Positions 1 through 11,395 of a DNA stretch of 54,680 bases are shown here, piece after piece. The notes beneath the pieces are model-generated. The model was given only the letters and a program-made list of their open reading frames with translations, had not been told where the DNA came from and ran no database searches. The stretch is from positions 1-54,680 of the forward strand of contig NKPV01000003.1 in the NCBI GenBank assembly GCA_002254605.1. The letters are read 5' to 3'. The position numbers and the translations under genes are program-made. This stretch comes from Armatimonadetes bacterium JP3_11. GTDB lineage: Bacteria; Armatimonadota; Fimbriimonadia; Fimbriimonadales; GBS-DC. The number at the start of each line of letters is the position of its first letter. Position 1 is the first letter of the stretch.

Positions 1-633
1 GTCGGCAACATAACTCACATTTCCACCCGAGTCGATCCGAAATACGCTCGCAACTTTGTAATCGGAGCGCCTCTCGGTTACATAAAGAAGGTCATGGTTC
101 CATGAACCCACATGGTCGATGTGCAAAGCAATTCCCGATTCAACAACATCGTTGAGACCTGTCAGCGTCGCCCAAGTGGGATTCGCAGTGCTTCCATCAC
201 CACTATATCGCGCGACATGGTACCTCCAGGCATTGTTATCCCATTCTCGCCTGAAGGCAAAGATCTCATCTTGTTGGAAGCCGTTCGGAAGATTGCGCTG
301 TACGGCGACCGGGTAGTTGAGCCACCAACCAAAGCGCGTGCGAGGTAGGTTAGAGAACCCAGAAACATTGCTACTGGGAGTGCCCGAGGTATCAGGGTTT
401 GAAAGATCGAGCTGCCACAAGTCTGTGTCCGGAGTGACGACCTGATTAGTACCAAAGCTGTCGCCAACCACCTTGTGACGACCTGGCTGGTAGGCTAAGT
501 GGTAGGGAAGGGCAACTCTACCAACATCAGTCACCGTTACCTGGGCAAAGAGCATCTCAGTTGCTAAGGCACATACGAAGCCTACGATCAATCCAGCCGC
601 TTTTGTGTAAGCATGATGTCTGTGAATCATCAT
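1..633 (-). CDS. Secreted hypothetical protein, partial (3' end beyond the window edge)
   Basis: Not in the ORF track because it has no stop in the window. GGAGGT RBS, then ATG at 633 and an open frame to base 1: MMIHRHHAYTKAAGLIVGFVCALATEMLFAQVTVTDVG...; signal-peptide-like N-terminus ending LFA-Q. Confidence 0.8.
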   Translation of the reverse strand, partial: MMIHRHHAYTKAAGLIVGFVCALATEMLFAQVTVTDVGRVALPYHLAYQPGRHKVVGDSFGTNQVVTPDTDLWQLDLSNPDTSGTPSSNVSGFSNLPRTRFGWWLNYPVAVQRNLPNGFQQDEIFAFRREWDNNAWRYHVARYSGDGSTANPTWATLTGLNDVVESGIALHIDHVGSWNHDLLYVTERRSDYKVASVFRIDSGGNVSYVAD

Positions 634-1001
634 TAACACCTCCAGATTGATTTTCACTAAATCATGACTCACTTTGGGGTGAATACCGGACAAAAAAATT
701 GGAGATTCAGTATGTGTTTTCGCCGTTCACAATCTAAGCGCGACAGTGGCTTCGCATTGGTGGGTATTACAGCCCGTGTGTATCCGTTGAGATACTGCCC
801 CACAAAATGCCTCGTATCGCCCCCTTATAGGGGTTCGAGAGAAATTCAGACGCTCTCACTTCCCTGCCCTCCTCTCACTCTGGGAGAGGGAAAACGGCTC
901 ACGTGGCTTTTTCAAACCCATCTGACAGATAATTTCGGTTTAGGCAAAAGGCTTGTTTTACCCTATTTAGGTTATAATTAGATTAGAACCGAGGTGCAAG
1001 A

Positions 1002-1793
1002 ATGAGACAGCTGGGCTTTACCCTTATAGAGTTGCTGGTGGTCATCGCGATAATCGCGATATTGGCTGCGATTCTGTTTCCGGTGTTCGCGCAGGCACGT
1101 GAAAAAGCGCGCCAGACGACTTGCCTTTCGAACCTGCGTCAGTTGGGCACAGCATTTGTGATGTACCGTGCCGACTGGGAAGGGCGAAACCCTGGACCTG
1201 GAGATGGTGGACACTGTCCCGGAAGTTGGTCACAACCTGACTGGCCCAGTTGGATGACAGGATTCGTGTCGCGTTTGGATGCTCAGTGGGTACCTTGCTA
1301 CCCCGTGTTGATAAATGCGTTTGACCCCAACTCCGCAGTGAGCGGAATTTGGCTCCTATGGGGTCATGTTACCAAAGGGGTGATTTACCCCTATGTCAAG
1401 AACGCTGACATCTATATCTGCCCTTCCGACCGGCGTGGGCGCGAAAAGAAGTTGAGTTACTCGATGAACGCGGTCGCTTCCTATATTCCAGAGCCCGTGG
1501 TAGAGCGTCCGGCGGAATTTATCCAACTCATCGACGAGGGTGAAACGCTCAACGATGGCTACTTCTATGCGATCGCAGGCAACCAGTTTGTGGACTGCCC
1601 TTCCATTGTCCACTCTAATGGGGCGAACTTTCAGTTTTTCGACGGGCACTCGAAGTGGATCCGAGCGCGCCATACGGCGCAGCAAGCGCGGATTGGTCAA
1701 TGTCTGGATACCGTACCGAAGCACTATTTCTGCCCGAAGGTTCCCTTTCCTGAGTCGAGTATGTACGGCGCCGCCTGTCAGAGCGCGCCCTAA
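1002..1793 (+). CDS. Prepilin-type N-terminal cleavage/methylation domain protein (DUF1559, H-X9-DG C-terminal motif)
   Basis: [41 protein letters not shown]-terminus; YICPSD; [16 protein letters not shown]; GAGGT RBS. Confidence 0.93.
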   Translation: MRQLGFTLIELLVVIAIIAILAAILFPVFAQAREKARQTTCLSNLRQLGTAFVMYRADWEGRNPGPGDGGHCPGSWSQPDWPSWMTGFVSRLDAQWVPCYPVLINAFDPNSAVSGIWLLWGHVTKGVIYPYVKNADIYICPSDRRGREKKLSYSMNAVASYIPEPVVERPAEFIQLIDEGETLNDGYFYAIAGNQFVDCPSIVHSNGANFQFFDGHSKWIRARHTAQQARIGQCLDTVPKHYFCPKVPFPESSMYGAACQSAP

Positions 1794-1839
1794 GCAAGTG
1801 GGAACACGAAGCCTTCTGGGCTGATAGCTTACCTACAGT

Positions 1840-1872
1840 CAGGAGGGGCGAGCGTTCCGCCTGCCCCTCCTG
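1840..1872. terminator. GC-rich hairpin between convergent genes, probable terminator
   Basis: caggaggggc (1840-1849) pairs with gcccctcctg (1863-1872), between the DUF1559 and rnj stop codons. Confidence 0.6.
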
Positions 1873-1873
1873 T

Positions 1874-3517
1874 TCAGACTTCTGTCACCACGACCACGAT
1901 CATCGGGCGTCGGCTGAGGTGCTTACGGCAGAAACGGCGCAGCACCATTGTCAGCTCTTCGCGAATATTATCCCAATCGCTGATCTCGGCGGGCGCCATC
2001 TTGCCCAGTGTCTCTTGCACTGCTATGCGCGCCAGTTCGGGCTGGATTTCGTTTTGCCATTCAAAACCGCGCAGAATGAATTGGGGGTCATCGACGAGGT
2101 CGCCTGTCTGAGCGCGCACGGTAATCAGGGCGACCATGATGCCTTCCTGGGCGATGTGGCGTCGGTCGCGGATAATCGCTTCTGGCACGCCGCCTTCCAC
2201 GCCTTCTTCGATGAGTAGTCTGCCTGCGGGCACTTTCTCCTCCAAAGTGGCGGCGCCGTTTTCGATACGCAACACACTCCCGTTCTCCAGCAGGAACATC
2301 TGCTCCTCGCGATAGCCCATTTGTCGCGCCAGTTCGAAGTACGCGGCTTGATGACGGGGCTCACCGTGCACCGGCGCAAGGTAGCGCGGCTTGAGCAAGC
2401 TAATCATGAGCTTCAGCTCTTCCTGACTGGCATGCCCCGATACATGCACAGGCGCAATCTCGTCGTGATAGACCTTTGCGCCTAAGCGCACAAGGCGGTT
2501 CACCGTGCGCCAGACCAGGCTCTCGTTGCCGGGAATGGGCGTAGCAGATAAAATGACGGTGTCGCCGGGGGTGATTTTCAGGCGGGGGTACTCGTCCGCG
2601 GCGATTTGGCTAAGCGCGGAGAGCGGCTCGCCCTGACTGCCTGTCGTCAGCACCAGTATCTGCTCTGGGGGATAGTCATCAATCTGCTTTGCGCTAATCA
2701 TCACGCTCGGCTCAATGCACAGATAGCCCTGCTGGTGGGCAATCTCCACATTCTGCTCCATCCGCCTCCCCAGCACCGCGACCTTGCGCCCATAGAGCTG
2801 CGCCATATTAATCGCCTGCTGCAAACGATGGATATTAGAAGCGAAAGTGGTAATCAGGATACGCCCCTGCGCGTTGGCGAACAGCGTGTAGTAGGCGTCG
2901 CTGACAGTGCTTTCGGAGGGTGTCCAGCCGCTCCGCTCCGCGTTGGTGCAGTCGCTAAGCAGTAGCAGTACGCCCTCGTCGCCCAGCCGCGCCAGGTGAT
3001 TGAAATCGGTGCGCACACCGTCGACGGGGGTATGGTCAAACTTGAAATCGCCTGTGAAGACCACGATGCCCTCGGGGGTGCGCAGCGCATAGCCCACGCA
3101 GTCGGGGATGCTATGCGTCACGCGAATCGGTTCCACAGTCAAATCGCCCACCGTGAACGGCGTTGGGGGCTTGATGGGGCGTAGGTCGGCGTTTAGGCGT
3201 CGCTCGCGCAACTTATGCTCAATCAGCGCCAGCGTGAGCGGCGTGCCATAAATCGGCAGGTTGCCCAAGCGCGGTAAAATGTAAGGCAGCGCGCCTACAT
3301 GGTCTTCGTGCCCGTGCGTCAGCAGAATGCCCTGCACCTCGTCGCAAATGCTCCACAGATACTCTGGATCGGGAATCACTAAGTCCACGCCAGGCAAATC
3401 CTCGCCTGGAAACGAGATGCCACAATCGATGATGACTGCTTGATTATCCCAGCGTACTAAGTTGAGGTTTTTACCGATTTCGCCACTGCCGCCAAGCGGG
3501 ATGATTTCGATTGCCAA
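1874..3517 (-). CDS. rnj: Ribonuclease J
   Basis: IIPLGGSGEIGKN, THGHEDHVG metallo-beta-lactamase motif, TGDFK, GSQGEP, HVSGHA, PVHGE. Start placed at TTG 3517 after AAGGAGG instead of the track start 3610. Confidence 0.95.
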   Translation of the reverse strand: MAIEIIPLGGSGEIGKNLNLVRWDNQAVIIDCGISFPGEDLPGVDLVIPDPEYLWSICDEVQGILLTHGHEDHVGALPYILPRLGNLPIYGTPLTLALIEHKLRERRLNADLRPIKPPTPFTVGDLTVEPIRVTHSIPDCVGYALRTPEGIVVFTGDFKFDHTPVDGVRTDFNHLARLGDEGVLLLLSDCTNAERSGWTPSESTVSDAYYTLFANAQGRILITTFASNIHRLQQAINMAQLYGRKVAVLGRRMEQNVEIAHQQGYLCIEPSVMISAKQIDDYPPEQILVLTTGSQGEPLSALSQIAADEYPRLKITPGDTVILSATPIPGNESLVWRTVNRLVRLGAKVYHDEIAPVHVSGHASQEELKLMISLLKPRYLAPVHGEPRHQAAYFELARQMGYREEQMFLLENGSVLRIENGAATLEEKVPAGRLLIEEGVEGGVPEAIIRDRRHIAQEGIMVALITVRAQTGDLVDDPQFILRGFEWQNEIQPELARIAVQETLGKMAPAEISDWDNIREELTMVLRRFCRKHLSRRPMIVVVVTEV

Positions 3518-3692
3518 CGGTGATAGCCTCCTTACCCAAACAAATATAGTATAGCATGCGAGGATACTCCTTCTGTCGTGTTGTCCGCTTCGCCGCGCCC
3601 AACGCTGCAAACGCCCTCAGTGCCGCCCGCTTAGACTCGCCGACAACAGCCGCTTAACTTCGCTTTTACCTTGAATCGTGTATTATCTGGGC

Positions 3693-5255
3693 ATGCGTAT
3701 TCTATCTTGGCGTTTTGGGTTTGCAGGGCTGTTGTTGAGTTTTGCCTTGAGCGCGTTGGCGCAACAGTTCGCGACGGGTGTCGTGTTCCATGACCGCAAT
3801 CGCAACGGTATCCGCGACGCAGGCGAGCCGGGCGTGCCCAATGTGTTAGTCTCCAATCAGCGCGAGGTCGTCAAAACCGACGGGCAAGGACGCTATCGCC
3901 TCCCAGTGGACGATGATACTATCCTCTTCGTGGTCAAGCCGCGCGGATGGAGGACACCGCTTTCGGAGAGAAATGTACCCCGTTTCTACTATATTCATAA
4001 GCCGAGCGGCTCTTTCCCCGTGCGTTTTGGCGGCGTCGCGCCGACGGGGGCGTTGCCCGCTTCGGTAGATTTTCCGCTCTACCCCCAGCGCGAGGCGGAA
4101 CGCCACACGGCGCTGATATTCGGCGACACGCAGCCACGCGATATGACGGAGGTGTTCTACATCGGGCGTGATGTAGTGCGCGAGCTGATCGGAACGAAGC
4201 AGGCAGCGTTCGGAGTCGTGTTGGGCGATGTGCTGTTTGACGACCTGAGCCTGTTCCCCGCTATTACCCAGATGATGGGGCAAATAGGCATCCCGATCTA
4301 CTATGTGCTGGGCAATCATGACCTCAACTTCGACTCGCCCGACGACCAGCACAGCGACGAGACTTGGCATCGCCACTTCGGACCGAACTACTACGCCTTC
4401 CAGTACGGTCGCACGCACTACATCGTGCTGGATGATGTGGTCTGGACTGGCGCCCAGGGCGAGCAGCGGGGGCGCTATGCGGCGGGCTTGGGCGAGCGGC
4501 AGATAGAGTTCCTCCGCAACTACCTTCGCTATGTGAACCGCAACGATTTCATCGTACTGCTGATGCATATCCCGATGTGGGAGTGGCCCGATTCGGAGCG
4601 TCGGCAGGTGTTTGCGATGCTTGCGCCGTTTCCGAACACGCTCTCGTTTTCAGCACATACTCATGTGCAACAGCATCGCTTTTTCGGTGCGGATGCAGGC
4701 TGGAACGGACGCTCGCCCCATCACCACATCAATACAGTTACGGTGTGCGGTAGCTGGTGGACAGGCGCACCTGACCCTGTCGGCATCCCCCACACCACCA
4801 TGCGCGACGGTACGCCGAACGGCTACCTGTGGCTGGATGTGAACCGCAATCGGTATCGCGTGCGGTATCAGGCGGCGCGCCGTCCGCCCAACTACCAGAT
4901 GCACATCTACACGCCGGATTCGGTCGATCACGCCAAGACGGGGGAAACGCCCGTGTTGGTGAACTACTTCTTTGGCTCGGAGTTCTGCACCGTGCAGATG
5001 CGTGTGAACGGCGGGGCTTGGATACGCATGCAGCAGGTGCAGGATACACCCGACCCCGCCTACGCGACACTGAAGCAACAAGAGCGGGAGTTTAAGCTGC
5101 CGGGACGCCCGCTTCCCAGTGTGAGCCCAGCGGTGCATCTCTGGAGGGCGAACCTACCGCCAGGACTCCCGCGTGGGTTCCACCAAATCGAGGTGCAGGT
5201 GCGCAACCTCTTCGGTGATGAGTTCACCGATAGGTGCATTATTCAGGTGCGCTGA
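3693..5255 (+). CDS. Secreted calcineurin-like metallophosphoesterase with N- and C-terminal accessory domains
   Basis: Signal peptide (ALA-Q); GVVFHDRNRNGIRDAGEPG N-domain; motifs GDTQ, LGD, GNHD, MHIP, AHTH. ATG 3693 preferred. Confidence 0.85.
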   Translation: MRILSWRFGFAGLLLSFALSALAQQFATGVVFHDRNRNGIRDAGEPGVPNVLVSNQREVVKTDGQGRYRLPVDDDTILFVVKPRGWRTPLSERNVPRFYYIHKPSGSFPVRFGGVAPTGALPASVDFPLYPQREAERHTALIFGDTQPRDMTEVFYIGRDVVRELIGTKQAAFGVVLGDVLFDDLSLFPAITQMMGQIGIPIYYVLGNHDLNFDSPDDQHSDETWHRHFGPNYYAFQYGRTHYIVLDDVVWTGAQGEQRGRYAAGLGERQIEFLRNYLRYVNRNDFIVLLMHIPMWEWPDSERRQVFAMLAPFPNTLSFSAHTHVQQHRFFGADAGWNGRSPHHHINTVTVCGSWWTGAPDPVGIPHTTMRDGTPNGYLWLDVNRNRYRVRYQAARRPPNYQMHIYTPDSVDHAKTGETPVLVNYFFGSEFCTVQMRVNGGAWIRMQQVQDTPDPAYATLKQQEREFKLPGRPLPSVSPAVHLWRANLPPGLPRGFHQIEVQVRNLFGDEFTDRCIIQVR

Positions 5256-5273
5256 GGTATCCTGCATAAAGCG

Positions 5274-6194
5274 ATGGGCTTGCAGCGGTATGCATTCAAC
5301 CAAATCCGTATGGGCGTCGATACGCCCATCGTGGTCTACGCCGAGCGCGAGGAGCAGGCGGTGCGCGCATGCCGCGCCGCCTACGCGCGCATCACCACAC
5401 TGGAAGAGCGCATGAGCGACTACCGCGCTGAGAGCGAGTTGAACCTGCTTTGCCAACACGCTGTGGGAAGATGGGTAAAGGTCAGCCCGGAGCTGTTTTA
5501 TGTGCTTTGGCGGGCGCAAACGCTGGCACGGCAGACCGAAGGCGCGTTCGATGTGACGGTCGGTCCGCTGGTGCGGCTCTGGCGAGAGGCGCGGCGCACG
5601 GGGAAACTGCCCGACGCGGCAACCTTGCGCGACGCCAAAGCGCGTTCGGGTTATCGACTTCTGGAACTCAGCCTCCCCCGACGCGCCGTGCGCTTGAAAG
5701 CCGAACGGATGCAGCTCGATTTAGGCGGTATCGCGAAGGGATACGCCTGCGATTGCGCCTTGCGCGAACTGCGCAAACATGGCATCACACGCGCCCTGAT
5801 TCAAATGGGGGGAGACATCGTCGCGGGCGACGCACCTCCCGACTCACCAGGGTGGAAGATCGATTTGCCTAACTCGCGTAATGAGCTGCTTCTCAAAAAC
5901 GGTGCGCTCTCCACTTCGGGGAGCACGGAGCAATATGTAGAAATCAACGGTGTGCGCTACGCGCATATCATCGACCCGCGCACAGGGCTGGGACTTACAA
6001 AACTAATTTTAGCGCGTGTGCGTGCGCGCGATGGGATCACTGCCGACAGCTTAGCCACAGCAGCCGCGGTGCTGGGCGAACCTGACGCCCAGCGGCTGGA
6101 GCGACTTTACAAAGGAGTGCAGATAACGGTGTCGCAGGTTCGCCTCAATCACTCAGGCCAACCGTGGAACGGCTCCCACGGACGGCTCACATAG
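5274..6194 (+). CDS. apbE: FAD:protein FMN transferase (ApbE/Ftp)
   Basis: GAFDVTVGPL, LDLGGIAKGY, GGDI, STSG, HIIDPRTG and ADSLATA motifs. Confidence 0.93.
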   Translation: MGLQRYAFNQIRMGVDTPIVVYAEREEQAVRACRAAYARITTLEERMSDYRAESELNLLCQHAVGRWVKVSPELFYVLWRAQTLARQTEGAFDVTVGPLVRLWREARRTGKLPDAATLRDAKARSGYRLLELSLPRRAVRLKAERMQLDLGGIAKGYACDCALRELRKHGITRALIQMGGDIVAGDAPPDSPGWKIDLPNSRNELLLKNGALSTSGSTEQYVEINGVRYAHIIDPRTGLGLTKLILARVRARDGITADSLATAAAVLGEPDAQRLERLYKGVQITVSQVRLNHSGQPWNGSHGRLT

Positions 6195-6472
6195 TCAGCG
6201 AACGCAAACGCGAGCATAATCAGCAGCCAGAAGAAGCCTGCACCCGCAAAGAGCCACGCCAACTTACCGCTGAAGCGCACATGCATAAAGTTCATAATCA
6301 CAATCGTCGCCTTCCACACGGCAATCGTGAGCGCAATCACGACGCCCAGCCAGTTTGGCACATTCGGAATGTATCCCGCGACGACCGTCGCCACCAAAAG
6401 CGCCATCAACCACCATAGCGTGTGCGTATATAGCGACACAGGATGCACATGCGATTCATCATGACCTGCCAT
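6149..6472 (-). CDS. Cytochrome c oxidase subunit IV (caa3-type)
   Basis: Three TM segments, IAVWKATIVIMNFMHVR motif; last gene of the oxidase cluster. Confidence 0.88.
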   Translation of the reverse strand: MAGHDESHVHPVSLYTHTLWWLMALLVATVVAGYIPNVPNWLGVVIALTIAVWKATIVIMNFMHVRFSGKLAWLFAGAGFFWLLIMLAFAFADYVSRPWEPFHGWPE

Positions 6473-6478
6473 GTCGTT

Positions 6479-7306
6479 TTACCTCCCGATGAGATACAGC
6501 AGCGGGAACAGGAAAATCCACACGATGTCCACCAGGTGCCAGTAGAGTCCGGTCATTTCTACGGGCATGAAGTCCGCGACGGGTTTATTTTTCGCGTGGT
6601 CTATCAGCGCGCGCCCGATAAGTATGCCGATGATAATCATCCCAATCAGCACATGGAGACCGTGCAAACCCGTCATCACGAAGTAGAAGCCGAAGAACAG
6701 GCGCGTGCGCTGTTCGAACTCTTCGGGCGTGACTTTTTTGAAGGCGGTGAACTGACCGTCGCGCGTCTTGCCTAACTCATAAAACTTTTGTCCATTTTCC
6801 TCCACTTCGCGCAGCTCGCCGATTTTTTGGGCGTGCTCCACGACGGCGTGCGCGCTATAGTCCCCGCCTGGGAAGAGATGATGCTCGAACTTCGCGCTGT
6901 ACTCGAAATACTTATTTACCATAAAGACGCCTGCAAACAGGAAGGTGAGGAATAGATAGAACGCCTGTTTTTTGTGTCGGTTTTGCATCGCGGCACGAAC
7001 GGCGCGTGCCATCGTGTAGCTACTAAACAGCAGCACAAAGGTGTTGAGCGTTCCTATCGGCACGCTGAGTTCATGATGGGCGAGGGTAAACTCCAGCACA
7101 TACTTGAATCGGTAGATGGCGTAGGCGGTAAAGATGGCGCCGAAAAAAAGCACCTCTTGCACGATGAACGCCCACATCCCAATCAAATAGGATGTGTTCT
7201 GCTGTTCAATCGTTTCGAACTGCTCGCCTAAGATGCCATCGCCGTGATGGTGTCCATCGGTCGTCTGTTCCAGCGTCGCCGTTCTCTGCAGTTCTTGCAC
7301 GCTCAC
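6479..7306 (-). CDS. coxC: Cytochrome c oxidase subunit III
   Basis: GMWAFIVQEVLFF, NTFVLLFSS, YFVMTGLHGLHV, GLYWHLVDIVWIFLFPLLY; GGAGGAGG RBS before the GTG. Confidence 0.93.
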   Translation of the reverse strand: MSVQELQRTATLEQTTDGHHHGDGILGEQFETIEQQNTSYLIGMWAFIVQEVLFFGAIFTAYAIYRFKYVLEFTLAHHELSVPIGTLNTFVLLFSSYTMARAVRAAMQNRHKKQAFYLFLTFLFAGVFMVNKYFEYSAKFEHHLFPGGDYSAHAVVEHAQKIGELREVEENGQKFYELGKTRDGQFTAFKKVTPEEFEQRTRLFFGFYFVMTGLHGLHVLIGMIIIGILIGRALIDHAKNKPVADFMPVEMTGLYWHLVDIVWIFLFPLLYLIGR

Positions 7307-7377
7307 AGTCAGTTAGCCTCCTCCACCTTTAGAGAGTGTACCATACTTGGTAGCCGCATCTATGCTGTAAGGGGGGG

Positions 7378-7405
7378 GTGGCTTGGACAGGATTGTCCAA
7401 GCCAC
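7378..7405. repeat. Perfect 12-bp-stem palindrome (REP-like or RNA-stabilising hairpin) between coxA and coxC
   Basis: gtggcttggaca-ggat-tgtccaagccac. Confidence 0.65.
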
Positions 7406-7415
7406 AAAAGCCCCA

Positions 7416-9089
<1,674 letters not shown>

Positions 9090-9091
9090 AG

Positions 9092-10087
9092 TTAGTTACC
9101 TCCATTGCCAGCAAGCGATTTGATATAGGCAATTAGTTGGACTAATTGCTCTTCGGATACTTGCCCCTGATAGGGGGGCATCAGGTTTTGATAGCCGGCG
9201 TGAATCTTTGCGCCGGGGTTCAAAATCGATTCGCGAATATACGCCTCATCACCCTTGACGGTGCGTCCGTCCGCGAGTTTGATTTCGCTGCCCCAGGTTT
9301 TGGTGATGTCGGGCACTTTGACGGCGGAGTTGGGGTTCAGGTGGCAAGCGTTGCAGCCGAGCGCTTTGAAGGTTTGTTCGCCTTGCTGGGCGAGGGTGAG
9401 CGTCCCGCCGCTTGTCGCGCCGCCGCCCATGCTGGTTGTGGCAGTCGCCAATCCCTGCCCCCCCTTCTCCAGCCACGCCTGAAACTCGTCCTCTGGCAGC
9501 ACGATCACTTTGCCAATCATCTCAGAGTGCTTCGTGCCGCAATACTCCGTACAGAACAGATGGTACTCTCCGGGCTTTGTGGGTGTGAAATACATCGCGT
9601 TGTAGCGCCCCGGCACGGCGTCGCGCTTAATACGAAACGCTGGGATGGAGAAGGCGTGGATGACATCCTGCGAGATGAGGCTCACCTTCACGAGGCGTCC
9701 CGCAGGCAGAGTGAGTACATTATTTTCGCGCACGCCGTTCGGGTGCTGACAGTGCCACATCCACTGTTTGCCGATGACGAACACCTCATAGTAGCCCTCA
9801 CGCGGGGCGTAGATATCGGCGTAGAGTTTGGTTGCCCAGCCGAAAATGACCAGCGCCAATATCAGAGGGATAATCGTCCATGCCAGTTCCACGCGCAGAT
9901 CGCTTTCGGTGGCGTTGGAGCGGTCTACCGCGTTGTTGTCCGCGCGGTAACGAACAGCGAGGTAGATCACCCCTAACAACACGATGACGCCGAACACGAC
10001 TGCCAGCAGCGTGATGGCCCAGTAGAGCAGCGAGATGTCCGCGCCCTCTTTAGAGGCTGTGGGCGGTACTAATGGGAAGTTCCACAT
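9092..10087 (-). CDS. coxB: Cytochrome c oxidase subunit II with C-terminal cytochrome c domain
   Basis: DVIHAF and [12 protein letters not shown] CuA ligands; CNACH heme c motif with distal MP. Confidence 0.95.
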   Translation of the reverse strand: MWNFPLVPPTASKEGADISLLYWAITLLAVVFGVIVLLGVIYLAVRYRADNNAVDRSNATESDLRVELAWTIIPLILALVIFGWATKLYADIYAPREGYYEVFVIGKQWMWHCQHPNGVRENNVLTLPAGRLVKVSLISQDVIHAFSIPAFRIKRDAVPGRYNAMYFTPTKPGEYHLFCTEYCGTKHSEMIGKVIVLPEDEFQAWLEKGGQGLATATTSMGGGATSGGTLTLAQQGEQTFKALGCNACHLNPNSAVKVPDITKTWGSEIKLADGRTVKGDEAYIRESILNPGAKIHAGYQNLMPPYQGQVSEEQLVQLIAYIKSLAGNGGN

Positions 10088-10971
10088 CAGTTATTCACCT
10101 CACTTGAATGGTCGGTTGTGTGTTTACGGCGTCGCTCTAACAGGAGCGCGCCGCCAATCAAGGTCGCTAAGCTGAGTACCGTAATGATACCCGCTAACTG
10201 GATCACACGCAGGATCACCAGCCCATAGCGTCCTGTGGATGGGTCGTACTGGAAGCAATACATCACGGCGCTCAGCACGGGGTTGCCGATTTTTCCTTGC
10301 GACGATTCCGCAAGGGCAAACTTCAGGTCACGCGCGGAAAATTCCACTCCCATCAGGTAGCGTGAGAGTTTCCCGTCGGGCGTAGCAACCATAATCCCTG
10401 CGCCATGGGCATACTGCTTAGTTTGTGGGTCGTAGGTGTATTTGAAGCCGACGGCGTCCGCCAAACGCTTGATGTTTTTCTCTTCGCCTACCAGGAAGTG
10501 CCACCCTTGCTCGGCGGTACCGTGTTTGTATTCCTTTGCGTAGTTCGCCTTCTTTTTGGCGGCGAGTTCGGGGGTCTCGGTCGGCGAAATGCTCACCGTC
10601 ACCACCTCAAACTCCTGCCCCGCTTTCCAGTCCAGCGCGTTCATCGCGCGCGTCAACTCATTCAGCACGACGGTACAGAGCATAGGGCACTCGTAGTACG
10701 CCAACACCAAAATCACGGGGCGCTTGCCGAAATAGTCGCCCAGTTTAACGGTTTTCCCTGACTCGTCTTTGAAGGTCAACTCTAACGGGATTTGTGCGCC
10801 CAGCTTCTGTTCGATTCCAATCTGGCTGGTGATACTCTCGTAGCGCTCTTTGGCGGCGGTCTCGCCGATTTCGCCGCTGGGACCCCGATAGAGTTGCGCC
10901 GACGCCCAACTCTGCAGTATGCTCCATACTAAGAGTCCAATCCATAGTCGGTTTCGATAGGTCATAGCCAT
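10087..10971 (-). CDS. SCO/SenC family copper chaperone
   Basis: YYECPMLC (CxxxC), YAHGAG, signal peptide, C-terminal TM segment; adjacent to coxB. Confidence 0.9.
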   Translation of the reverse strand: MAMTYRNRLWIGLLVWSILQSWASAQLYRGPSGEIGETAAKERYESITSQIGIEQKLGAQIPLELTFKDESGKTVKLGDYFGKRPVILVLAYYECPMLCTVVLNELTRAMNALDWKAGQEFEVVTVSISPTETPELAAKKKANYAKEYKHGTAEQGWHFLVGEEKNIKRLADAVGFKYTYDPQTKQYAHGAGIMVATPDGKLSRYLMGVEFSARDLKFALAESSQGKIGNPVLSAVMYCFQYDPSTGRYGLVILRVIQLAGIITVLSLATLIGGALLLERRRKHTTDHSSEVNN

Positions 10972-10990
10972 ACACGCTCCTTATGTATTA

Positions 10991-11383
10991 TTACAGCCCT
11001 TTTTGCAGGATTAGTTCCTTCGCGCGCTCCACGGGGATACGCACCTTGCCGGTTGTTTCGTCGAGGACTTCGTAGGTAGTCGTTTTACGCTGCTCTTCGG
11101 CGGCGAACTTTTCCCAATCGCGCATGGGGAAACCTTGCACGCGCGGCTCAGGGGGCAGTTGCCGCTGGAGCGCTTCAGGGCGCACCGAGGGCAAGTCTGC
11201 GCGTTGGTTTGGCAGCACCCACTGATACACAATCCACGAGATGATGAGCGTAGCAATCATCATAAACAGGATGAGCGCGAGGAACTGCGTCATTCGTCCA
11301 ACCGACAGATCGCGCTCCTCATACGGCTCCTTCTGGATTAGCTCCAACTCTTTTGGGTCTACGGGTTTCAGCATTTCCGCCAT
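10991..11383 (-). CDS. ACIII-associated single-TM protein (ActG-like)
   Basis: YEERD, a TM segment, PPEPRVQ and VRIPVERAKELI; lies between actF and SCO as in ACIII-oxidase clusters. Confidence 0.65.
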   Translation of the reverse strand: MAEMLKPVDPKELELIQKEPYEERDLSVGRMTQFLALILFMMIATLIISWIVYQWVLPNQRADLPSVRPEALQRQLPPEPRVQGFPMRDWEKFAAEEQRKTTTYEVLDETTGKVRIPVERAKELILQKGL

Positions 11384-11395
11384 AGTTTCGCCTCC

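Noticed and set aside
829-922. Possible second degenerate MITE or REP (cctctc...gagagg palindrome; ttttcaaacccatc resembles the 30594 TIR)
   Set aside because: The left and right ends do not form a convincing inverted repeat.
942-957. AGGCAAAAGGCTTGTT upstream of the DUF1559 gene as a sigma54 site
   Set aside because: It has GT instead of the invariant GC at -12, and a TATAAT lies just downstream.
664-981. 105-aa ORF in the divergent intergenic region
   Set aside because: No RBS, atypical composition, and it overlaps the promoter region.
5253-5255. In-frame TGA as a selenocysteine or read-through codon
   Set aside because: No SECIS-like hairpin follows, the upstream domain is complete, and apbE has its own -10 motif.
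9400-9440. GGGATS in the CoxB linker as an ApbE flavinylation site
   Set aside because: It does not match the [S/T]GA[S/T] motif and sits in a low-complexity linker.
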